Positions 1 through 7,940 of a DNA stretch of 64,000 nt are shown piece after piece (the first letter of the stretch is position 1; the number at the start of each line of letters is the position of its first letter). Source of the DNA: an uncultured Candidatus Saccharibacteria bacterium (lineage in GTDB: Bacteria > Patescibacteriota > Saccharimonadia > Saccharimonadales > JAGQNJ01); NCBI GenBank assembly GCA_964577565.1, contig CAZNZL010000001.1, positions 78,566 through 142,565 on the forward strand, written 5' to 3'. Made by a program: the position numbers and the translations under genes. The notes beneath the pieces are model-generated. The model searched no databases. It was not told the DNA's origin and worked only from the letters and a program-made list of their open reading frames with translations.

Positions 1-2232
1 ACGTTTCCGAGCTTTGAGGTTGACCCGCTGGCGGCTATTACTGCCTCATTAGCCAAGCTCGAAGAAAATGAGCGGGCGGTGATTCAGTTTTTGGTACGCC
101 CAGCCTTTAATAGTTGGTATAGCAAGGCGCAAAAGTATGCTGCCAGCATTCAAAATGGCACCAGTTTTGGCGGTCTGGCAAAAGCCTTAATGAGCGGTAC
201 TGATAACACCACCGCTCGACAATTGAGCCCTGTAGAACAAGCGCGCATTAAAGCTGCAGAAGAAAAGAGCCAAAAATTAGCCTACGAGACCAAAATTCGC
301 GTTATTTATGAGGGTAATGTAAGTTCGGTAGAGGCGAATATGCGCCTGCAAGCCATCATTGCCAGCTTCAAACAGTTTAACTCAACTAATCTTAACGGCT
401 TCACGGCCAAGCGCAACCATACGTTTAACCCCGGTGACGCTTCAATTATAAACCGAGTTTTTAGCGGTACTGGTTTTGTGTGCAACATTGAAGAAGTTGC
501 TAGTTTGTATCACCTGCCCCACACCAACGTAGAAACGCCATTTATTCAGTGGGCTACGGCCCGAACCGCCGAACCACCGGCCAATTTGCCGATAGTTTCT
601 GCTAGTGGCTATGATCCGTCGAGCGTCAGCCCGATTGGTGTCACTAACTTTCGTGGCGGCAATACGGCGTTTGGCTTGCCCAGGACCGATCGAGGTCGGC
701 ACCTCTATATTATTGGTCAAACCGGCGTAGGTAAATCGGGTTTACTTGAGCTGTTGACTATATCCGATATTCATAGTCCGTTTGGCTTTGCGGTAATTGA
801 CCCGCACGGCGATTACGCTATTAATATTTTGCGGCGTATTCCGGCTTCACGCGCTAAAGACGTAGTTTATTTTAACCCGGCCGACACAGACTATCCGATT
901 GCCTTTAACCCAATGGAGGTTTATGACGACAAGCTTAAAACTCATACTACTTCAGAGCTTATCGGTGTCTTAAAGCGCATGTTTGAATCTTGGGGCCCGC
1001 GCCTCGAGTACATTTTGCGCTATACCTTGCTTGCCCTGCTTGATTATCCAGAGTCAACCATGCTTGATATTACGCGCATGTTAACCGACAAAAAGTTCCG
1101 TAGCGAGGTGCTTTCGTATGTCAACGACCCGGTCGTAAAAAACTTTTGGTTGGTGGAGTTTGCCAGCTGGAACGACAAATTTGCCGCCGAAGCCGTTGCA
1201 CCAGTGCTCAACAAAGTCGGTGCCTTTACGGCTAACCCAACCGTTCGTAATATTATTGGCCAGCCAAAAAGCAGCTTTAATATCCGACACATTATGGATG
1301 AAAAGAAAATTCTTATTGTTAATCTATCTCGCGGTTTGATTGGTGAGGACAACGCTGCCCTGCTTGGTGCGTTGTTGGTTACCAAAATTCAGATGGCGGC
1401 CATGTCGCGGGCCGATATTGACGCTAGCGAACGCACACCGTTTTATCTGTACGTTGACGAGTTTCAAAACTTTGCCACCGACTCGTTTGCAACCATCTTG
1501 AGTGAGGCACGTAAGTACGGTCTATGCTTAACCGTTGCCAACCAATACATTGCTCAGATGAGCCAAGAGGTACGCGATGCGGTGTTTGGTAACGTTGGCT
1601 CGACTGTTGCCTTTCGAATGGGTGCGGATGACGCTCGCGTGATGCAGCGCTACTTTGAGCCTAAGTTTGAAGAGCATGACCTGGTGCACATGCACAACCG
1701 CAACTTCGTTATTAGCCTTACTATTGGCGGCGAGAAAGTCCAGGCTTTTTCGGGTACCTCACTTAACTTGCCAGCTCGAACCGAGACTGACCAAATGAGT
1801 GCCATTATTGCTCATTCACGTGAACAATACGCGCGCCAATTGCAGCATATCGAGTCATTCGTACAAGAGCGCTACGTCACGCCGTCGGTGCAAGCGACCC
1901 AACCTAAACCACCAAAACCCACACCTAAACCTACACCCGTTGAGCCGCCCAAAGCCACACCACCCGCTAAACCTGCAGATGCTACCCCTGCGCCATCTGC
2001 GCTAGGGGCAGTTATTGTGCCCGAGCCAGAAGTTCTAGATGAAACAAAGCCCAAGCGTAAACGCCGTCGGCGCCGCAAAAAGAAGAACAGTGATAGTAGC
2101 CAGCCTGTCACGCAGTCCTCTACAACTACCGCTATTGAAGAGCGCCCTGAGCACGAGCTTGCCAAGCCAGAAGACGTTGCGCCGCCTAGTGATGGCCATT
2201 TGGGCGACGAAGACACCATCCACCTCCGGTAG
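1..2232 (+). CDS. Type IV secretion coupling-protein-like ATPase (TraD/VirD4/TraG type), 5' end outside window
   Basis: The frame is open from nt 1, with no stop upstream of the track start at 79. Walker A GQTGVGKSG; Walker-B-like FYLYVDEFQNF; C-terminal Pro/Lys/Arg-rich tail (PKPPKPTPKPTP...KRKRRRRRKKK). Confidence 0.75.
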   Translation, partial: TFPSFEVDPLAAITASLAKLEENERAVIQFLVRPAFNSWYSKAQKYAASIQNGTSFGGLAKALMSGTDNTTARQLSPVEQARIKAAEEKSQKLAYETKIRVIYEGNVSSVEANMRLQAIIASFKQFNSTNLNGFTAKRNHTFNPGDASIINRVFSGTGFVCNIEEVASLYHLPHTNVETPFIQWATARTAEPPANLPIVSASGYDPSSVSPIGVTNFRGGNTAFGLPRTDRGRHLYIIGQTGVGKSGLLELLTISDIHSPFGFAVIDPHGDYAINILRRIPASRAKDVVYFNPADTDYPIAFNPMEVYDDKLKTHTTSELIGVLKRMFESWGPRLEYILRYTLLALLDYPESTMLDITRMLTDKKFRSEVLSYVNDPVVKNFWLVEFASWNDKFAAEAVAPVLNKVGAFTANPTVRNIIGQPKSSFNIRHIMDEKKILIVNLSRGLIGEDNAALLGALLVTKIQMAAMSRADIDASERTPFYLYVDEFQNFATDSFATILSEARKYGLCLTVANQYIAQMSQEVRDAVFGNVGSTVAFRMGADDARVMQRYFEPKFEEHDLVHMHNRNFVISLTIGGEKVQAFSGTSLNLPARTETDQMSAIIAHSREQYARQLQHIESFVQERYVTPSVQATQPKPPKPTPKPTPVEPPKATPPAKPADATPAPSALGAVIVPEPEVLDETKPKRKRRRRRKKKNSDSSQPVTQSSTTTAIEERPEHELAKPEDVAPPSDGHLGDEDTIHLR

Positions 2233-2235
2233 CTA

Positions 2236-2265
2236 TTGACAAAACTGCACAAAGTATGCTATAAT
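2236..2265 (+). promoter_or_regulatory. Near-consensus sigma70-type promoter with extended -10
   Basis: TTGACA at 2236-2241, an 18-nt spacer, then TGcTATAAT (TATAAT at 2260-2265). It lies directly after the stop of the upstream gene and faces the 2445 ORF. Confidence 0.5.
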
Positions 2266-2328
2266 AGTAAGATAGGGTGTTGAGTATCTATATCTATTCC
2301 ACCCCTGTTATTTGACAAGCAGGCTTTT

Positions 2329-2379
2329 ACCAACGGAGCTACGGTTATATATAAAATGTATAACTATAACTCCGTTGGT
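2329..2379 (+). promoter_or_regulatory. Leader hairpin in the predicted 5' UTR
   Basis: ACCAACGGAG (2329-2338) pairs perfectly with CTCCGTTGGT (2370-2379). An inner AT-rich stem pairs GTTATA with TATAAC. Confidence 0.35.
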
Positions 2380-2444
2380 GAGATACAGAATACTCACGTC
2401 TTGCAGTGCAGGATGCCACTCTGGCAATGGAGAGGAAGGTAAGC

Positions 2445-2858
2445 ATGTCGGATTGTACATTCAGCAACCATGGCCGGACTGTTCAGTTCAGGGATGTCGA
2501 GATCACAATCAATCGTGACCTCGATCGGGAACGCCTGTGGATGTTGGCAGTCCTCTTCAACCCGCTAAGTCCGTCGTGGTCAACCATGGCTGGCGGTTTT
2601 CTACTGCCACTTCCCGAGGAGCGCACCAATGCGCGTGTCGAGGTCATGGTCGTTCGTAACGAGTACGCGGAGCCGCTGACCATCAGCATCCAGCTGCTCA
2701 ACGCAGCAGTGGATCTCAAGCAGTATGTCATGGCGGTCGACTTCCTCGCAAGGCTGATCTCTATGGGGGGTCTGAGCCACGAGCTCTCGCCCTTCGTCAA
2801 TGATCAGCCCATCGAGAGCGACCAGACGACGTACTCGCACGTGACGGTCCATCCGTGA
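2445..2858 (+). CDS. Hypothetical protein (orphan, GC-rich relative to neighbours)
   Basis: The in-frame ATG at 2445 is preceded by GGAGAGGAAGG. The ORF is 137 aa and I recognise no motif in it. Long shadow ORFs on the opposite strand (2483-2800, 2601-2852) are consistent with locally elevated GC. Confidence 0.5.
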   Translation: MSDCTFSNHGRTVQFRDVEITINRDLDRERLWMLAVLFNPLSPSWSTMAGGFLLPLPEERTNARVEVMVVRNEYAEPLTISIQLLNAAVDLKQYVMAVDFLARLISMGGLSHELSPFVNDQPIESDQTTYSHVTVHP

Positions 2859-2960
2859 TCCCCCGGGGGTAATGAGCAGACGTGAGAGTATGTAATTAAA
2901 TGAGTTGTGAGTAGTTACTAACTACGCCCTCTTTATTACTTATTCTGACGCCTGCTTGTT

Positions 2961-3015
2961 ATTCCCTCCATGAATGTGCGTTCATGCTGATGAGTCCAAA
3001 AGGACGAAAGCGAAG
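2961..3015 (+). ncRNA. Candidate type III hammerhead ribozyme
   Basis: CUGAUGA at 2987-2993. Stem II is G-UCC/AAAA/GGA-C (2994-3005). GAAA at 3006-3009. Stem I is the closed hairpin CATGAA-TGTGCG-TTCATG (2969-2986). Open stem III pairs 3009-3014 with 2962-2967 (5 of 6 pairs). Predicted cleavage is after the CUC triplet, at 2968/2969. Confidence 0.6.
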
Positions 3016-3054
3016 ACCCCCAATAATGTTCTTTCCAAAAGAACCAAACCCTCT

Positions 3055-3506
3055 CACACCTTTTGTATGGCCAAAAGGTGTAACCAAAAGGCCACTGGCG
3101 ACTGAAAAACAATGATGTTCATTCACGTGTCTGGTATCCGGATTCTACGTAACGACCCTTCGGGGTCGCCCGGCTTATTGCCGGGTGAGCCTCGAATCAC
3201 GGTATACCAGACTACGCTCATTCTCTTCAGTTTTTCAGAGCCAGAATCCTAGGCTCTGAACACACCCGAATAAGCCAGTCAAAGCTACAACTTCTAGGCC
3301 GAGGATGTTTGAGCCGGCAGCTGCCGGGGAGTTCCGCAAGGCTGTTGTAGTTCTTTGACATATGGCTTATGTCGAGTGGTGTTCAGTCGCCTAGTGGGGT
3401 TTTTGCCTTCTTTTTGACCTACAGCAAAAAGAAGGGCGCTTGAAGGTAACGAAGTTACCGAAGCGAAACTATTTAAACTTTGGTTACACTTTGGTCAATA
3501 CAAAAG
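3055..3506 (+). ncRNA. Large multi-branched structured element (candidate ncRNA; a MITE-like palindromic element is not excluded)
   Basis: Nested complementary segments: 3061-3085/3482-3505, 3092-3106/3382-3397, 3129-3140/3200-3212, 3141-3145/3194-3198 and 3262-3291/3344-3382. Local hairpins: 3154-3167 (UUCG loop), 3169-3185, 3235-3259, 3405-3415/3426-3437 and 3438-3464. Strand is uncertain; + is favoured by the upstream hammerhead and one G-T pair. Confidence 0.4.
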
Positions 3507-3516
3507 TTTCAAAGAC

Positions 3517-4974
3517 TTAAAGATTCTGCAGCTGTTGTTGGAGACGCCGAAGACTAACCTCTTTGCCCAAGACCGCGAGGGTCTCTGCTAAGCCCGGGCT
3601 GGCAGGTGCTTGTGTGACTGCAATGCGAATTAGGCTAAACAGTACAGCTGGCTTTTGGTCGGTGTCTTCAAGCAATTGGTTTAATCGTTCTGTGAGGTCT
3701 TCAACCGAAAAATCACTTTGCTCAATTGAGTTTATGGTAACCTCTAACAGGTTTTTAAGCTCTTGAGCCGACATTTTCTTGAGTTGCTTGTGAGAGGAAA
3801 TAAGCGCATTATCGAGCGGCAAATCTTTAAAGAAAAATATCGTTAATTCTGACAGCTCAGCAAAGTATTTTAAGCGTTCTTGCACAAGGCCCAACACCTG
3901 TTTTTTATATGCATCATCATAATCAGCAGCTTCTTTTGGCCAAAAGCCATCAACCCGGGCGTATAAGTCATCAAGCGATAGCTGTCGGATAAAGTGCCCG
4001 TTAGTCCAGGCCAGGCGGCGCTCATCAAAGTGCGCCCCACTTTTGCCAACACGGCTGAGGCTAAATTTTTGAATGAGCTCATCGGTAGTAAAAATCTCTT
4101 GCTCGGTGCCGTCATTCCAGCCGAGGGTCGCAATAAAGCTCCGCAGCGCTTCCGGCAAATAACCCCGTTTTATGTAATCAAGAATATCTTTGGCGCCATC
4201 GCGCTTAGAAAGTTTTTTGTTGCCTTGTTCATTTAGAATATGCGGCATCGTAGCAAAAATCGGTGGTTTTATGCCGAGGGCTTCGTACAAGTTGAGGTAA
4301 TTTGGTATGCTGGCAATAAACTCCTGGCCGCGAATAACGTGCGTAATCTGCATCTCTGCATCATCAACAATGTGCGCAAAATTATAGGTTGGGTAGCTAT
4401 CTGACTTAATAAGAATAAAATCGTCAATTACCTCCGGGCCGGTTGATAAATCACCCATGACCTCGTCATGCCATTGATAACTTTTAGGGTCGGATTTAAA
4501 ACGCAAGGGTTGGGTGCCATCCCAGGCTGGTGGGTTCTCTGGCCGGTGGTTGCGGTATAAAAATGGTTTTTTGCTTGCTTTAGCTTGTTCACGGAAGACC
4601 TGAACTTCTTCAGGGCTGTATGGGTCTGCATAGGCTCTACCCTGCTCAATTAATTTATTGGCCCATTGTTTGTAAATTTCAAGCCGCTCGCTTTGGCGAT
4701 ATGGCCCGAAGTCACCCGCTTTGTCTGGACCCTCGTCGTACTCCAAGCCAAGCGCATCAAGGCTTTGAATTAAATGTTCGGCTGAGCCTTCGACTTCCCG
4801 TTTCTTATCGGTGTCTTCAAGTCGTAATATAAATTGTCCGTTATGCTGGCGCGCTACCAACCAGGCAAATAAGGCGGTGCGGATGCCGCCAACGTGTAAA
4901 AAGCCCGTTGGGCTTGGCGCAAATCTAGTTCGCACCCTGTTCACTTGAGACTCCGTTATTAGAATGTGTCGCAC
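3517..4974 (-). CDS. gltX: Glutamate--tRNA ligase
   Basis: RFAPSPTGFLHVGG (HIGH-type motif) and KLSKR (KMSKS-type motif). Full length is typical of bacterial GluRS. The true start may be slightly downstream of 4974. Confidence 0.95.
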   Translation of the reverse strand: MRHILITESQVNRVRTRFAPSPTGFLHVGGIRTALFAWLVARQHNGQFILRLEDTDKKREVEGSAEHLIQSLDALGLEYDEGPDKAGDFGPYRQSERLEIYKQWANKLIEQGRAYADPYSPEEVQVFREQAKASKKPFLYRNHRPENPPAWDGTQPLRFKSDPKSYQWHDEVMGDLSTGPEVIDDFILIKSDSYPTYNFAHIVDDAEMQITHVIRGQEFIASIPNYLNLYEALGIKPPIFATMPHILNEQGNKKLSKRDGAKDILDYIKRGYLPEALRSFIATLGWNDGTEQEIFTTDELIQKFSLSRVGKSGAHFDERRLAWTNGHFIRQLSLDDLYARVDGFWPKEAADYDDAYKKQVLGLVQERLKYFAELSELTIFFFKDLPLDNALISSHKQLKKMSAQELKNLLEVTINSIEQSDFSVEDLTERLNQLLEDTDQKPAVLFSLIRIAVTQAPASPGLAETLAVLGKEVSLRRLQQQLQNL

Positions 4975-5206
4975 TATGCACTTTTAAAGCGTACCCTAGT
5001 TTAGCTACCCCACCCATGGTTAAGGCTAATCCGGTAACACCAGATATTCCACTTGGTACTTCGGGTATAAAGTCTACTACTGCTTCAGCAACAAAACCTG
5101 CGGCGACGACCAGATGACCTATCCCGATAAGGGCTAATTTATTCCGAAGAGAATGGCCTTCATGATCAATAGATGGATTGACTTCTTGGGGTTCATACTG
5201 TGGCAT
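4925..5206 (-). CDS. Small hydrophobic hypothetical protein
   Basis: 93-aa ORF with a Gly/Ala/Val-rich hydrophobic core. Its 3' end overlaps the annotated gltX start. Confidence 0.3.
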   Translation of the reverse strand: MPQYEPQEVNPSIDHEGHSLRNKLALIGIGHLVVAAGFVAEAVVDFIPEVPSGISGVTGLALTMGGVAKLGYALKVHSATHSNNGVSSEQGAN

Positions 5207-5275
5207 GTTTCAACTATTGTAACAGATATAGCCCTTTACCTCTATGACTTTGGCGGGCTGGTTTGGAGTGTGTGG

Positions 5276-6340
5276 TTACAGGCTGCTAGCTATGTTGACT
5301 AGCTGATCGCTGCTCAGTGACGTGCTTTCTATGCGATACCAAACGCCGCCGTTAACCCAGGTTGCATTACCCCTGTCGTACAGGTAGATAGTTTTGCCTT
5401 TTTCTTGTTCTATTTCAAACTCTTTGTCGTTGGTGGCAAGAAAGTTCTCTTGCAAGCTGCTGCTGTTCCAGTGGGATACTTCTTGCGTTAGAGTGTAAGC
5501 CCGATCGTCGGTATTTGAGTTAAACGAAATAACCACTTGACCAGGTTTGTAGCTAATAGGAGCTTTAACTTTATAACCCGATGGTTGATACTCGGGCAAA
5601 TTAGCATCAAAACCAGCGCGAGCACTGGCCAGCTGCATATTAAAGTTTGGAATATTCATATACGCTATAAAGCCAATGAGCGCCAGGCCGGCAAGCAGGC
5701 CGCTGCTCCAGGCAAACTTCTTACTCTTGCGATTTTGTCTTTTAGTGCGAGATTTTATTGCGGGCTTTGTTGCCTCGGCGCTGCGTTGCATAGCCTTATT
5801 AAACAGCTCTTCAGAGGCAGAAGATCGAACAGTTGCGTGCTCGGTGTGCCTTACGGGGGTGATAGGCTGGTGTAGGCGAGGCTTATGAGCGGGCGGCGTC
5901 TTCACTTGCAGTGGTTCGTGGCGCTTTTCTACGGGACGATGTACGGGGTGATTGCCAAATTTGCTGATGTATGGACTTTTAGCAATGGTTTGCGCTCGCG
6001 TTTCTCTTAACGGGTTAATAAGGCGTTGTCGATGAATTGGTTTTATTTCATTAATTTGACCCAGCGTAGCCGGCTTTTTAACTGCCCTGCGCATAAGGGT
6101 TTTTGACTTTTGTGGTTTGTGATGTTTGACACTATGACTGACATGCTGGCGCACCGGTTTTGGTTTTAGGGTTGGTGTGCTGCGCTGAGGGGATACTTTA
6201 GCGGGGCTGGCTTTTGTAGTAACTGATTTAACAACCCGGGGCTGTACAAATCCATCAACCGATTGCCCGCGTATTGGTACGCCAGTTCGTACATCGTACA
6301 CTCGTCCGTTAATTTCTAGAACGTTTTTGTGCTTACTCAC
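5276..6340 (-). CDS. Membrane-anchored hypothetical protein
   Basis: 354-aa ORF. It has a very basic Pro/Lys-rich N-terminal half, one hydrophobic segment (WSSGLLAGLALIGFIAYM), and a C-terminal globular part. Confidence 0.6.
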   Translation of the reverse strand: MSKHKNVLEINGRVYDVRTGVPIRGQSVDGFVQPRVVKSVTTKASPAKVSPQRSTPTLKPKPVRQHVSHSVKHHKPQKSKTLMRRAVKKPATLGQINEIKPIHRQRLINPLRETRAQTIAKSPYISKFGNHPVHRPVEKRHEPLQVKTPPAHKPRLHQPITPVRHTEHATVRSSASEELFNKAMQRSAEATKPAIKSRTKRQNRKSKKFAWSSGLLAGLALIGFIAYMNIPNFNMQLASARAGFDANLPEYQPSGYKVKAPISYKPGQVVISFNSNTDDRAYTLTQEVSHWNSSSLQENFLATNDKEFEIEQEKGKTIYLYDRGNATWVNGGVWYRIESTSLSSDQLVNIASSL

Positions 6341-6461
6341 AGATTAGTTGGCCCTCTGTTATGAATGTCCTTATAATCATAACCTCTTTATGTCGTCTTA
6401 CGCAAGCTTTAGCCTGCCCTAGTCTTATACTGGTCGACATGCTATAACTATAATAGTTGTT

Positions 6462-7940
6462 ATGGATTTTTTAGACCCAAACAAAAAACGCTCAAATCGA
6501 ATTAAATTGTACGTAGGCTACGGTCTTATGGCGATTTTAATTGGTATCGCTACTTCTATTTTGCTGCTTGCAGCTTCTGGCTATGGCTTAGATGGTTCTG
6601 GCAAGGTTATTCAAAACGGCTTAGTTTTTGTTAACTCGCGGCCTGGCGGTGCTGATGTGTATATTGAAGGTATTCATAATAAATACAAGCAGCAGGCCAA
6701 AACCGATACCCGCCTGGTGCTTAAAGAGGGCCGGTACAGACTTACGTTGGTTAAGGATGGTTATCGTTCGTGGCAACGAGAATTTAGTCTTGAGGGCAGC
6801 AGCGTAGAACGGTTTGCCTATCCATTTTTATTCCCAGAAAACATTAAAACCGAAGATGTTAAAACCTACGCCACCCCACCAAAGTTTATCGCGCAAAGTC
6901 CCTCACGCGAGTGGATTGTAGTTCAGCAGCCTGACAAGTTTGACACATTTGATGTTTATAACGCTAATGATCCAGACAAACCACCGGTTTCGTTTGCGGT
7001 GCCGGCCACTATTCTAACGCCTGCTACAAATGATCAATCGCTTGAGCTGGTTGAATGGTCTACCGATAACGCCAACATGCTGCTCAAACACACGTTTGAT
7101 GGCCAAGAAGAGTTTGTCGTAATTAACCGAGATCGTCCAGCAGAATCTTTTAATGTTACGGCGCGCACCAACCAACGCCCGTATCGAGTGGCCCTCAAAG
7201 ACAAAAAGGTCGATAAACTCTACCTTCATATGGCAAAGGATGGCCTTTTACAAGAAGTAGATTTGGCGTCCGGTGTCTTGACGCCGCTGGTAGCGCGAGC
7301 CTTTGCATTTAAACCGCACGGTGATGACATGGTGGTGTATGTTACGCCGCATGCAAGTAAAGCAGACAGAACATCGGTTCGCTTATTGACCCGTGAAAAA
7401 GACTATGAGCTGCGCGAGTTGCCCAGTAACACTACGTATGTCGTAGATGTAGCTCGTTTTGATGATGCCTGGTATGTGGTAGCAGGTGCCGCCAGCGAGA
7501 ACCAGGTGTTTGTTTACAAAGACCCGTTGAGCATCCTGACCAACGCTAATTCTAAAGAATCCCTGTTTGCCCGGACGCTGCGGATTGATAACCCCCAAAA
7601 AGTCTCGTTCTCTGCCAACGCAAGAATGATTGCGGCTCAATCAGGCCAGTCATTTGCGGTGTACGATGCAGAGACCGACCGCCAGTACCGCTATACGCTG
7701 CCCGCACCTATTGACTCCGGTCGCCCGGCCGAGTGGATGGATGGTCACCGTTTGCTAACCTCTACAGAAAAAACGGCTTACGTCTTTGATTTTGACGGTA
7801 TTAATCCGCAAAAATTACTCTCGGCTGACCCTTCGGTTACTATCATGTTCGATCGTGATTACGAGCTTTGTTACAGCGTAACAACCAATAGCGATGGCAC
7901 TGCCGTACTAAAACGGGGCAAGCTCGTCATCGAAGATTAG
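6462..7940 (+). CDS. PEGA domain-containing membrane protein
   Basis: N-terminal TM helix, then a PEGA-like segment (VNSRPGGADVYIEG...GRYRLTLVKDGYRSWQREF). Confidence 0.7.
   Translation: MDFLDPNKKRSNRIKLYVGYGLMAILIGIATSILLLAASGYGLDGSGKVIQNGLVFVNSRPGGADVYIEGIHNKYKQQAKTDTRLVLKEGRYRLTLVKDGYRSWQREFSLEGSSVERFAYPFLFPENIKTEDVKTYATPPKFIAQSPSREWIVVQQPDKFDTFDVYNANDPDKPPVSFAVPATILTPATNDQSLELVEWSTDNANMLLKHTFDGQEEFVVINRDRPAESFNVTARTNQRPYRVALKDKKVDKLYLHMAKDGLLQEVDLASGVLTPLVARAFAFKPHGDDMVVYVTPHASKADRTSVRLLTREKDYELRELPSNTTYVVDVARFDDAWYVVAGAASENQVFVYKDPLSILTNANSKESLFARTLRIDNPQKVSFSANARMIAAQSGQSFAVYDAETDRQYRYTLPAPIDSGRPAEWMDGHRLLTSTEKTAYVFDFDGINPQKLLSADPSVTIMFDRDYELCYSVTTNSDGTAVLKRGKLVIED

Noticed and set aside
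306-2252. Numerous 60-126-aa ORFs antisense to, or out of frame with, the T4SS ATPase gene. The same pattern occurs inside gltX, atpA, the giant surface gene and others (e.g. 59493-59930, 47859-48227).
   Set aside because: They lie entirely within well-supported longer genes, have no motifs or RBS, and look like frame shadows.
3312-3328. Short palindrome CCGGCA(R)(Y)TGCCGG, recurring at 3313, 44812 (CCGGCTATTGCCGG, inside the intron) and 45320 (in the tRNA pseudo-fragment).
   Set aside because: At 14-16 nt with variable centres, it is too short to exclude chance. It is noted only as a possible REP-like hairpin to test with a genome-wide count.
2976-3340. Group II intron idea, based on GTGCG at 2976-2980 and a GAGCCGGCAGCTGCCGGGGAG hairpin near 3311.
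   Set aside because: The GTGCG lies in the loop of hammerhead stem I. The hairpin lacks domain V geometry (AGC triad, 2-nt bulge, GNRA loop), and no IEP or reverse transcriptase ORF is present.
3055-3506. Possibility that the structured region is RNase P RNA, tmRNA, SRP RNA or an rRNA fragment.
   Set aside because: I could not find the universal signatures on either strand: GAGGAAAGUCC and ACAGAA for RNase P, tRNA-like GGGG...UCCACCA ends for tmRNA, or the SRP domain IV GGAA/AGCA loops.
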